A stretch of 20,000 nucleotides of DNA from an uncultured virus (IMG/VR IMGVR_UViG_2831345111_000004) (lineage: Duplodnaviria > Heunggongvirae > Uroviricota > Caudoviricetes), in the IMG/VR virus record IMGVR_UViG_2831345111_000004. The stretch is one strand, 5' to 3'. The translations under genes and the position numbers were made by a program. The notes beneath the pieces are model-generated. The model saw only the letters and a list, made by a program, of their open reading frames with translations. It was not told the origin of the DNA and made no database searches. Position 1 is the first letter of the stretch, and every line of letters begins with the position of its first letter. This document shows, in pieces, positions 8,119 to 15,551 of this stretch.

Positions 8119-8439
8119 ATGAGTGAGCCAGCCTCACACAGCACAAACGCCTTGGTTTATATGACCTGGGCGTTTTTGTTTGGGGTAACGATTGCTGGAA
8201 TTTATGCGGACGGCGATTTGGTATTTGGCCGTATTCGGCATGACCGCCAGGCAGACCTGGTCGGACGTAGTTGTAAGTATATCGGGGATGTCCGGGTTGC
8301 CCCGGTTCAACGCTTCGTACCTTCCATCGTCGGCGCCCCTGGCTCCGGCATAGAAATCAAGGCAACTTTTCGAAGATTTGAATGCCCGGATGGAACCGTT
8401 ACACTCATTCCGTTGAGTGATATGAAAAACGGGCACTAA
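8119..8439 (+). CDS. Hypothetical membrane-anchored protein
   Basis: N-terminal hydrophobic helix, Cys pair (SCKY...FECPDG); starts 10 nt after the previous gene. Confidence 0.65.
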   Translation: MSEPASHSTNALVYMTWAFLFGVTIAGIYADGDLVFGRIRHDRQADLVGRSCKYIGDVRVAPVQRFVPSIVGAPGSGIEIKATFRRFECPDGTVTLIPLSDMKNGH

Positions 8440-8458
8440 TGGCCCGTTATCGCTGCTG

Positions 8459-9316
8459 TTATTGGCCAGCCGCAAAAATATACCGATTCATGAAGTCAAC
8501 GCATTCAGGTGTTCCAAGCTTAAACCGGAAAGCAGCTGACCCAGGATGCCCTCCCCCGCCAAACCGCTTAGCGAACGCAGACACATCCAGCCCGCCCTTT
8601 TTAGCCCGAAGGCTCACTCTCAGCATGCCGGGCTCCAGCCACCAGACCATCGCAAAGCTATTGCTCTTGGAATATAGGCGAACTCCCACATCATTCGAGA
8701 ACAGGTAGCTGCAATTAACCTTGTGACCTTCGACACCAAATAATGTCACAGGCTCGGCATCCGCCGCCAACGTGTCAGCCAAGCTTTCGAACTTCTGAAC
8801 CATCAACGCCCCGGCCGCGATAAATTCATCAAGCTCAGCCTTTTCTTGACTGGCAATCTGGTCCCAGACCTCAAAGCTGAATGGCAGCGTATCCAGATGT
8901 GACAGGAATTCTCTTGAGTCAGGAAGCCGCCACACCCAAATATCCCGGTCTTCAATCGCTTGAATTAGATATGGCACAGGAGTACCTGGGTGAAAGTATT
9001 CCCACGCCAGTCTCGCCCCACTCTTCGTCAAATCGAATTTCACATCAGGGAAGCCCGCGAGAGATTCCTGTGCAGTCTTATGGTGGTCAATCGTTACCAC
9101 ACGACGCGCTGAGGCATGCATCGCTTCCATCATTGAAACCGGAAAACTGAAATCGAGGATGAATACATCCCGTCCCTTAACATCCAGCACGGGATAGGCG
9201 TCATGGTCCGCGGGCACATATTCAGCGTCATAGCCAAACTTACGCCAAGCAGCATAGGCCGCACCAAACCCATCCGGGCAGGGTGAGTGATAGATGATGA
9301 TGGGTTTGTCGCTCAT
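8459..9316 (-). CDS. DHH/DHHA1 phosphoesterase (NrnB/nanoRNase-like, phage-type)
   Basis: YHSPCPDGFGAA, ILDFS, IDHHKT, KSGA, DRDIW, VSLR, FGGGGH..SAAF. Confidence 0.9.
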   Translation of the reverse strand: MSDKPIIIYHSPCPDGFGAAYAAWRKFGYDAEYVPADHDAYPVLDVKGRDVFILDFSFPVSMMEAMHASARRVVTIDHHKTAQESLAGFPDVKFDLTKSGARLAWEYFHPGTPVPYLIQAIEDRDIWVWRLPDSREFLSHLDTLPFSFEVWDQIASQEKAELDEFIAAGALMVQKFESLADTLAADAEPVTLFGVEGHKVNCSYLFSNDVGVRLYSKSNSFAMVWWLEPGMLRVSLRAKKGGLDVSAFAKRFGGGGHPGSAAFRFKLGTPECVDFMNRYIFAAGQ

Positions 9317-9334
9317 ACCGTTGTCCGCGTGGCC

Positions 9335-9547
9335 TTAAGGCTTGCGCATCCTTGCTAGCTCTTCCTGCTCTTCGGCATCATCAAGGGGCATCTCAACCTC
9401 AGGAATCGTATGCCAATTCCCTTGCTGGTCCCGCTGTTGAATCTTCCTCACAATAACGGTCTTCCACTCATACACCACCTCGCCATTGGATTTCATATGG
9501 CTTGCTTTCACGCGGGTTGGGATGACTGCAATTCGAAGGTCCACCAT
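9335..9547 (-). CDS. Small hypothetical protein between the RNA ligase and the DHH gene
   Basis: ATG at 9547 has AGGAG 5 nt upstream and lies 8 nt after the ligase stop. Confidence 0.7.
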   Translation of the reverse strand: MVDLRIAVIPTRVKASHMKSNGEVVYEWKTVIVRKIQQRDQQGNWHTIPEVEMPLDDAEEQEELARMRKP

Positions 9548-9555
9548 AACTACTC

Positions 9556-10647
9556 CTATATTTGTGCTAATTGAGGCATCAACCAATCTTTGGCACGCCG
9601 ATTAATCGTGGACATCACGTCCTGGCGGGTTAGCCCGCTTGCGGCCAAGGTGTCACTCTCTTCCTTGATGACATCCTGGCCAACCCACTTGAGGAACTCA
9701 CCGACATGGTCCATAGTCACTTTCCCGACCCGCTGCCGCAGTTCCGCCAGGCCTTGCTCCAACCGACTCTCAGTGAGCACAGCCATCGTGAATGCTTCAC
9801 GGCCAGCCAACACTTCAGGAGCGATATCGACAAGCTTGGAGTTGCGCGTCCCTTTGTGCTTCAGTCCCTTGGTTTTGAATTTCAGATGACCGTAAAGCGG
9901 GTCCCGGCATTCCCAGACAATTCCCTCCCCCATGCCTTCCAGCCCTAGCGCCGCGGCGACCGGGCACCGGTCTTCGACCTGGAGGGTAAACTGTTCCAAG
10001 ACATCGAGGATTTCGGCGGGTTTATTGAAATCGATGGTGATGCCGTAGGTCTTGAAATTGGTGATGACATCAATGCCCTCAGCATTGCCAGTTGACCATA
10101 GATTGCGTGTGCTCCAGAGCGCGCCAAACCTATGCATATCCAGCCATATTTCAGTTCCGTCGGCATACTCCATCAACACCGAGAACAAGACCCATCGCTC
10201 CGGCAGCTGACCAATGGCTGTCTTCGCGTTCACGTCTGGGCCACACCACTCCCCATAGGCGACGTACCGCGACACATCCTGGTCTCGCAATACCCGGGGT
10301 AGATTGGGCTCTTCATGCCGATGGCACAGGACAATCGCCTTACCCAGTTCGACCAGCGCTTCCTTACCCGCTAAGGACTCGGTCCAGCGAGCAAAGCCAT
10401 GGTTATCTTCAGCGACCGTCAGAACACGCTCGCGACTTTGGGGAACCAGTTGACCGGTCTTGAGATTGTACTCAACACCTGCGTTGCTGCCATGAAGCTT
10501 GACCGTGCCCGTGAAGGTCAATTTTGGTCGACAACGGCTATCGTCGTAGACAGGGTTACCTTCGGCATCTTGACCGATATAGGTGGCTCGATGGTTAACT
10601 GCAGCCACGACGTGCCGCAGCTGTTCAATGGCTGGAAATTTTCGCAT
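9556..10647 (-). CDS. RNA ligase, Rnl2-like ATP-dependent nucleotidyltransferase
   Basis: Motif I TVKLHGSN, QSR, motif III YGEWCG, motif IV GEGIVW, motif V FKTKG, and an Rnl2-like C-domain (LTESRL, QDVIKEE). Confidence 0.85.
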   Translation of the reverse strand: MRKFPAIEQLRHVVAAVNHRATYIGQDAEGNPVYDDSRCRPKLTFTGTVKLHGSNAGVEYNLKTGQLVPQSRERVLTVAEDNHGFARWTESLAGKEALVELGKAIVLCHRHEEPNLPRVLRDQDVSRYVAYGEWCGPDVNAKTAIGQLPERWVLFSVLMEYADGTEIWLDMHRFGALWSTRNLWSTGNAEGIDVITNFKTYGITIDFNKPAEILDVLEQFTLQVEDRCPVAAALGLEGMGEGIVWECRDPLYGHLKFKTKGLKHKGTRNSKLVDIAPEVLAGREAFTMAVLTESRLEQGLAELRQRVGKVTMDHVGEFLKWVGQDVIKEESDTLAASGLTRQDVMSTINRRAKDWLMPQLAQI

Positions 10648-10674
10648 GATTAGGTACTTAATTACGAATGCTTA

Positions 10675-10683
10675 AATATACCA
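10675..10683 (-). promoter_or_regulatory. Extended -10 promoter candidate for the ligase operon
   Basis: TGG-TATATT (TGn-TATATT); no clear -35. Confidence 0.4.
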
Positions 10684-10700
10684 TATATTGATAAAATGCG

Positions 10701-11348
10701 CTACTGCTTTACGTCGTCAAAACCAGCCTTAACAATGAATTCACGCTCGCGGTCGAAGGTCACTCGGTCGTAGGCGTACCCTGCAAATGTCGCTTCGAAG
10801 AGTCCTGGCTGAAGAAGAAACCGGCGAACAAGATGCGCAAATGAGAGCGCTTCATCTGGCGTTCGAATTTCAACCGGGCAAACGATGGTGACCCAGCGCC
10901 CGTCATCATGCTGTGTAACATGCAGACTAGGTAGTATTTCGAAGTTTGCGGCCTCGAGGCATACCTTCTGCAGCTCCAGGAAGCGTGGATAAAATCCATC
11001 CTCAGGCTCGCCAACCACTTGCCATCGGCTAACCTTTTTTCTGCTCCGGCCAACCTTGGTATGGATTGGGCGAACCTCAAAATCCGAGGAGTGATTCGGG
11101 AACTCATCCAACGCCATGTCATAGGCGAGGGCTTCCGTCCTGTCCAACCAGACCTTACGCGGGTGCTCCCAATGGATGCGTACCCATTGAGCGCCAAGCT
11201 TCATTTTGATGGCGTCGCAGAATGACAGCTCAGAGCCGTCGGAGTAATGCGTGCTGACGACAACCCCTTCAAGAAGTGGATTGGCTGCCGATGATTTGGC
11301 AGCCTTTCGGGAGGAGTCCAGCAACGATTCCTGATGTGTATTCTTCAT
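10701..11348 (-). CDS. Hypothetical protein
   Basis: 215-aa ORF with motifs V.IHWEHPR and KVGRSRKKV; no function recognised. Confidence 0.7.
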   Translation of the reverse strand: MKNTHQESLLDSSRKAAKSSAANPLLEGVVVSTHYSDGSELSFCDAIKMKLGAQWVRIHWEHPRKVWLDRTEALAYDMALDEFPNHSSDFEVRPIHTKVGRSRKKVSRWQVVGEPEDGFYPRFLELQKVCLEAANFEILPSLHVTQHDDGRWVTIVCPVEIRTPDEALSFAHLVRRFLLQPGLFEATFAGYAYDRVTFDREREFIVKAGFDDVKQ

Positions 11349-11388
11349 GGAAACTCAGTTGGATTGCTATGAATTTCCGTATAGCGCT

Positions 11389-11811
11389 TTACTGAAATTT
11401 CGCAAAAAACGCCTTGATATGTCTCCACGTCGCCTCTGGCGGCGTCGGGATGGTGGCAATACAGTGCTGCAACATCTTGGTGTCAGCAGCAGCCCTGGCG
11501 ACACGCGCCTGTTCAGCCAGGTCCTTGGATGGATAACATTCACCGGTGTTCACATCAGGGCGCCGAACAATCCCTCTCGGTGACTGCAAGGTCTCCCTAA
11601 ACAAACAGTAGGACAAATGGCCTGAAGTGGACTCACCTGGTGAAACAAACAACGGCCTTGGGTCGTCGCATGAAAACTCTTCCTGCGGTGTCATGACGGC
11701 AAAAATACCAAAGAACACCAGGAGGCCAATGAAGACCGCATTTAACTTACTAGGCGCGGCAGACTCTGAGGCATCAGCGTCAATAAGAACATTTTTCAGC
11801 CAATCCGACAT
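11389..11811 (-). CDS. Hypothetical single-pass membrane protein, Cys-containing exported part
   Basis: Hydrophobic segment AVFIGLLVFFGIFAVM followed by four Cys. Confidence 0.65.
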   Translation of the reverse strand: MSDWLKNVLIDADASESAAPSKLNAVFIGLLVFFGIFAVMTPQEEFSCDDPRPLFVSPGESTSGHLSYCLFRETLQSPRGIVRRPDVNTGECYPSKDLAEQARVARAAADTKMLQHCIATIPTPPEATWRHIKAFFAKFQ

Positions 11812-11882
11812 TAGATACCCTTCAAGGTTGATTGACTACGGTCATTAACCATCACGCTACAGATTACATCTTCGAAGTTCAT
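11811..11882 (-). CDS. Putative 23-aa leader ORF coupled to the downstream gene
   Basis: AAGGAAG-aaa-ATG, MNFEDVICSVMVNDRSQSTLKGI*; the stop overlaps the next start (TAATG). Confidence 0.4.
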   Translation of the reverse strand: MNFEDVICSVMVNDRSQSTLKGI

Positions 11883-11918
11883 TTTCTTCCTTTTATATGA
11901 AAACAATCTTTGCGTTTG

Positions 11919-11958
11919 TGGACAATTTTAGCATATAACGCTATATTATTTTAGTCAA
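11919..11958. promoter_or_regulatory. Overlapping divergent sigma70 promoters
   Basis: Plus: TGGACA(11919)-17-TATATT(11942-11947). Minus: TTGACT(11958)-17-TATGCT(11935-11930). Confidence 0.6.
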
Positions 11959-12000
11959 GCAGCACATTTGTCCACTTGAAGCAACGAATAGGAGCGATTC

Positions 12001-12378
12001 ATGAGCAAAGCTGTGTCCCCTGAAATCCATTGGCTTACCGAGCCTGAAGAACACGATTACCCCGCAGCAGCCTCCTACCTGGCGCTCATCTATGATGAGA
12101 CGCATGTGGTACGCCACAGCACCCTATTGCGCACCGCACCCGTCACTGCGTTCAAGGCCAAGGATATCTTCCGAGCATCGGGCCTATCCCTATTAGGCGT
12201 GAGCAACTCCCATGTATCAAAAAACATCAAAAAAATTGCGGCCGGAACGCCCTTGTCTCCCATCCTACTAGTTCGAGACCGGTCCTTGGGTAAGGTGGTG
12301 ATTGCGGACGGCTACCATCGCATCTGCGCCGTCTATAAAGTCGATGAAGACGCCATGGTGCCTTGTAAAATTGTATGA
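12001..12378 (+). CDS. Stand-alone ParB/Sulfiredoxin-like domain protein
   Basis: LSPILLVR...VVIADGYHRICA matches the ParB/Srx DGxHR motif; AGGAG RBS; no HTH. Confidence 0.75.
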   Translation: MSKAVSPEIHWLTEPEEHDYPAAASYLALIYDETHVVRHSTLLRTAPVTAFKAKDIFRASGLSLLGVSNSHVSKNIKKIAAGTPLSPILLVRDRSLGKVVIADGYHRICAVYKVDEDAMVPCKIV

Positions 12379-12389
12379 GAATGGCCAAT

Positions 12390-12415
12390 AAAAAAGCCGG
12401 CAATTAGCCGGCTTT
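12390..12415. terminator. Bidirectional intrinsic terminator between convergent genes
   Basis: AAAGCCGGC-aatta-GCCGGCTTT with A/T runs. Confidence 0.8.
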
Positions 12416-12433
12416 ACTCTTACTAGGGCCCGG

Positions 12434-13177
12434 CTAGGCGTCGCCACGATTGTCGACGTCGAATCCCTTCGCCCTTAGCGTCTTACGCATCTGGCTCCCA
12501 TGCTCGAAGCCTTCCATAAATGGCGCATGGAAGACGCCCTCATATTTAGCCATTACCTCAGCCCCAGGCAAATCATCACGGAAGCGGCCATAGTCGTACC
12601 CCGCATTTCGCGCACACTTCATATTATCCTTGGGATTTTCCCTTGCGGTTTTAATCGGCGAGTAAATATCGTTGATTTCATGGAAGTAGAGGAATCCGCC
12701 AACACAGATGGCAATAACACACATTCCCAAGGTCGACACAAACCCTTCGGTAGTAAATTCGTTCCCGCAGGCTCCGACGAATATCCAAAGCGCACAGTTG
12801 GCGCTAACCGTTACCGCCCAGAATTGACGGCCCCTCCGCAACCAAACATTTGACTCAGTCCGGTCAATATTCGGGTTTTCTTCATGATATTTGCGAAGCT
12901 CCTGGATAACCATGGCCTCTTTCACCAGCCACATTAGCGCTGCGACTTCACCAAGGAGCAGCGGCCATGCCAATCGCTCCATGAAAAACGCATAGAATCT
13001 ATGTAGTCCGAGGCCCATCAGGATAAAGAAACTTGGCGGAATCGCGCTATAGCCTACCTTGAGCAGTGTGCCAACCAGCACCAGCACACCAAGACGTGCT
13101 AAGGCTAAACCCATTTCGCGGCGACGAGGCTCACTATTCTTGACCGCAATCGACAGTGCTTCAAATTCTGTTTTCAT
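12434..13177 (-). CDS. Hypothetical multi-pass membrane protein
   Basis: ATG at 13177 with AGGAG RBS; about 5 hydrophobic segments. The ORF-track extension runs through the promoter. Confidence 0.75.
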   Translation of the reverse strand: MKTEFEALSIAVKNSEPRRREMGLALARLGVLVLVGTLLKVGYSAIPPSFFILMGLGLHRFYAFFMERLAWPLLLGEVAALMWLVKEAMVIQELRKYHEENPNIDRTESNVWLRRGRQFWAVTVSANCALWIFVGACGNEFTTEGFVSTLGMCVIAICVGGFLYFHEINDIYSPIKTARENPKDNMKCARNAGYDYGRFRDDLPGAEVMAKYEGVFHAPFMEGFEHGSQMRKTLRAKGFDVDNRGDA

Positions 13178-13202
13178 TATATGCTCCTGTGTGAGCAAAT
13201 AT

Positions 13203-13230
13203 AATATACCATTAAATGCACATTTGTCAA
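13203..13230 (-). promoter_or_regulatory. Sigma70-type promoter
   Basis: TTGACA-16 nt-TATATT with TG extension. Confidence 0.65.
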
Positions 13231-13240
13231 CCAAACAAAC

Positions 13241-13266
13241 AAAAAGCCCGTCAAATGACGGGCTTT
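13241..13266 (-). terminator. Intrinsic terminator
   Basis: AAAGCCCGTC-aaat-GACGGGCTTT followed by TTTTTGTTTG on the minus strand. Confidence 0.85.
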
Positions 13267-13285
13267 ATTCACCAGCGTTTAATTG

Positions 13286-13642
13286 CTAGATTTCTTCGTT
13301 AGAACCGCTTTCCGGGTTGCCGGCCGGCTGAGTTTCAGTTTCAACCTTCGCTGGCTTGTTTGCAGCGACCAGGTTGCGTACGTGACGGGCATACGCCTTG
13401 AGGTCACAAGGAACAGGCTGGTAGCCTTCGGCAATCCAGTTGCCAACCAGGGCAGCAACGGTCTTGCGGTCGACGACGGTCACCGAGACCGAGCGCTCCA
13501 TCAGGCCATTGGCGCCAAGTGCAACATAGAAAGCCGGCTCTGTTTCGACGGTCAAAGGCTTGTCTTCGAAATTTTGCGGCGACAAGCCAGCTACCTTGGT
13601 TGGTTCAATCACGATAGCGCCGTCAATCATCTTAACTTGCAT
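13286..13642 (-). CDS. Hypothetical protein
   Basis: TAAGGA RBS, biased codon usage, terminator directly downstream. Confidence 0.75.
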   Translation of the reverse strand: MQVKMIDGAIVIEPTKVAGLSPQNFEDKPLTVETEPAFYVALGANGLMERSVSVTVVDRKTVAALVGNWIAEGYQPVPCDLKAYARHVRNLVAANKPAKVETETQPAGNPESGSNEEI

Positions 13643-13710
13643 GTAAGTCCTTAAGTAAGGTTAATGGGTGGGTTGATACTGATGTATAGCGCGGCTTGCC
13701 GCGCCATTGC

Positions 13711-14100
13711 TCATTGTTCGTCGATAGTTAGCATTTCAATGCCAATATCTTTATTGGGCAGTTCAAACCACTTCACTTCACGCAATCCCCTTGGATACGG
13801 CTCACCCTCTTTTACGGCAGGGGAGGCGCAATACGCGCCCAACTTAACCTCAACGGAGCGCGCGTCCTTGAGGATGCTTTCGGTAGTTGATGCCACATAT
13901 TCACGGCAAACACGGTCCCCCTTGGTGTACGTGGCCAGGAAAACAATACGTCCGGCTTCCTGGACCATTTCACGCTTCACAATTTGGCTTTGTGCCGGCG
14001 CGGGGCCATCGCGTGTAACCTTGACCGGAACTACCTGTGCAGCCATCGCATTCATCGAGAACATCCCTGCCATCAGCATCGCTAGGTAATACTTTTTCAT
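13711..14100 (-). CDS. Secreted hypothetical protein
   Basis: Signal peptide MKKYYLAMLMAGMFSMNAMA, GAGGA RBS, Cys pair. Confidence 0.75.
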   Translation of the reverse strand: MKKYYLAMLMAGMFSMNAMAAQVVPVKVTRDGPAPAQSQIVKREMVQEAGRIVFLATYTKGDRVCREYVASTTESILKDARSVEVKLGAYCASPAVKEGEPYPRGLREVKWFELPNKDIGIEMLTIDEQ

Positions 14101-14114
14101 TTTCCTCTTCCTTC

Positions 14115-14447
14115 CTATTTTGGTTGTTTTGAGATTAGCTTTTGGTTGAGAACGTCGACCCGGATGTAGCTATGTCCGTGATAACTCAATACGGCAGGAG
14201 CATCACCTGGCTGGCCGCCATCACGCAACATAGCGTTTCCTGTTGCATTCCCATTGGGGTACTCTGTCGACGTTGTGCTATTGGGGCAACGGGCGACCTT
14301 CATGGAATGCCCATAAGCTCCTTCAAGGCTGAAAAAGCTACAGTCCGCCAACGCTTCAGGCAGATTGTTATAGGTCAGTTTCTCGACGTTGTTGCACCCT
14401 GTGAGGGTAATGCTCACGAGACATATCACCAATGAGAGTTTGGTCAT
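14115..14447 (-). CDS. Putative lipoprotein
   Basis: Lipobox LTGC after a hydrophobic core; DC...RCPNS Cys pair. Confidence 0.75.
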   Translation of the reverse strand: MTKLSLVICLVSITLTGCNNVEKLTYNNLPEALADCSFFSLEGAYGHSMKVARCPNSTTSTEYPNGNATGNAMLRDGGQPGDAPAVLSYHGHSYIRVDVLNQKLISKQPK

Positions 14448-14455
14448 TTGTGTTC

Positions 14456-14917
14456 CTAGTAGGAGTTGAATTGCGCCAAATCGCGCTCTTCATTTGCGGA
14501 AATGAGTACCCTTGCCCCAAGCACGGCATAACCCCGGACAATCGCTGGTAGCAACGAAAACTTGGCGCAACTCTGCAGCGCATCATCAACTACCACCAGT
14601 CCATCCGGAACATAAGGCATCGGAATGAGTTCTGGTTGGTTCAGGACCTCAATCGGGTCCCTTATGTTCGACAAGTCGTAAACAATGAAGGGTGTACTTC
14701 CATACTTGATTTCAGTGGCCACACGATGCTCATGCTGGATGATGTAACAGCCTCCAAACAGCTCGCATAACTTCCGATAATTGACGCCGCAATCGATGAC
14801 CAACACCGGTTGCGATGCATGAATGGTGGTAACAATCCGTTCGGTTATAATGACCGTCTTATCAAAACTGTCGCGTCTAATAAGTTTGTCGTACAGAAAC
14901 GTTTCTTTGTCTGTCAT
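14456..14917 (-). CDS. Degenerate, miniaturised TraC/VirB4-like P-loop ATPase fragment
   Basis: VLVIDCGVNYRKLCELFGGCYI resembles the TraC motif IDxGxSYxxLCxxxGGxYI. RDSFDKT sits at the Walker A position and LVVVDDA at Walker B. Confidence 0.55.
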   Translation of the reverse strand: MTDKETFLYDKLIRRDSFDKTVIITERIVTTIHASQPVLVIDCGVNYRKLCELFGGCYIIQHEHRVATEIKYGSTPFIVYDLSNIRDPIEVLNQPELIPMPYVPDGLVVVDDALQSCAKFSLLPAIVRGYAVLGARVLISANEERDLAQFNSY

Positions 14918-15312
14918 TTCTTCCTCTGCGCTTCTATTCTTACGAGCTTATAGGCAATCCCGACAACGCCAGGAGACTCAGCGGCCTTACCCTTCAAGGG
15001 AATCGCGCCAACGGCCTGCCGGCGATAACCAGGCGGCGCGGCAATAGCCTGCATATCGAGCAACGTCTGCAAATCCACCTCAACGGGCATCCCTGCTCGA
15101 GTTGGAAACCAGGCGTTGTCCTTGTAGCAGTGCAGCCCATCCAGGATGGAGTCGTCTGGGTTTTGATGGCTACCCAACTTACAAGTCTTCCACTTGCCAG
15201 ACGGCACCCTTGCTGCCTGGGCTTCGATGATGCCGTCCCACAACAGGTCGGCATTGACCGAGGTAACCATCAACCCAAGCAACAGAGGAGCAATTTTGCG
15301 AAGTAACATCAC
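14914..15312 (-). CDS. Secreted hypothetical protein
   Basis: Signal peptide ending VNA-D; 4-nt overlap with the downstream gene. Confidence 0.65.
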   Translation of the reverse strand: MMLLRKIAPLLLGLMVTSVNADLLWDGIIEAQAARVPSGKWKTCKLGSHQNPDDSILDGLHCYKDNAWFPTRAGMPVEVDLQTLLDMQAIAAPPGYRRQAVGAIPLKGKAAESPGVVGIAYKLVRIEAQRKK

Positions 15313-15551
15313 TACATTGGCTGGTCCAGCCAGATAACCTGGGCGGTCATCACCTGAACGGTTTTGTTCTTGTCGAGGAAAATGGCTACGCGCTCAATAC
15401 CACGCTTACCTGCCCGGCACACAAAAGGGCGCTCCTCATAACGCAGAAGCTTGTTAGCGCCTCGAGCGTACACCGGCAGGTATGGTTCAATCTTAGCTGT
15501 GGTCATATCCGTTACCATCAAGCGGGGGCTGTTAACCCCCGCAGGCACCAC
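15312..15551 (-). CDS. Small hypothetical protein (start uncertain, possibly 15506)
   Basis: Fills the gap between co-oriented genes and abuts both. Confidence 0.5.
   Translation of the reverse strand: MVPAGVNSPRLMVTDMTTAKIEPYLPVYARGANKLLRYEERPFVCRAGKRGIERVAIFLDKNKTVQVMTAQVIWLDQPM

Noticed and set aside
12001..12378. ParB as part of a partition system or origin
   Set aside because: No HTH, no adjacent parA, and no iteron or parS array seen.
13689..13704. GCGCGG-cttg-CCGCGC hairpin as a terminator or ncRNA
   Set aside because: Only a 6-bp stem with no U-tract; at most an mRNA-stabilising hairpin.
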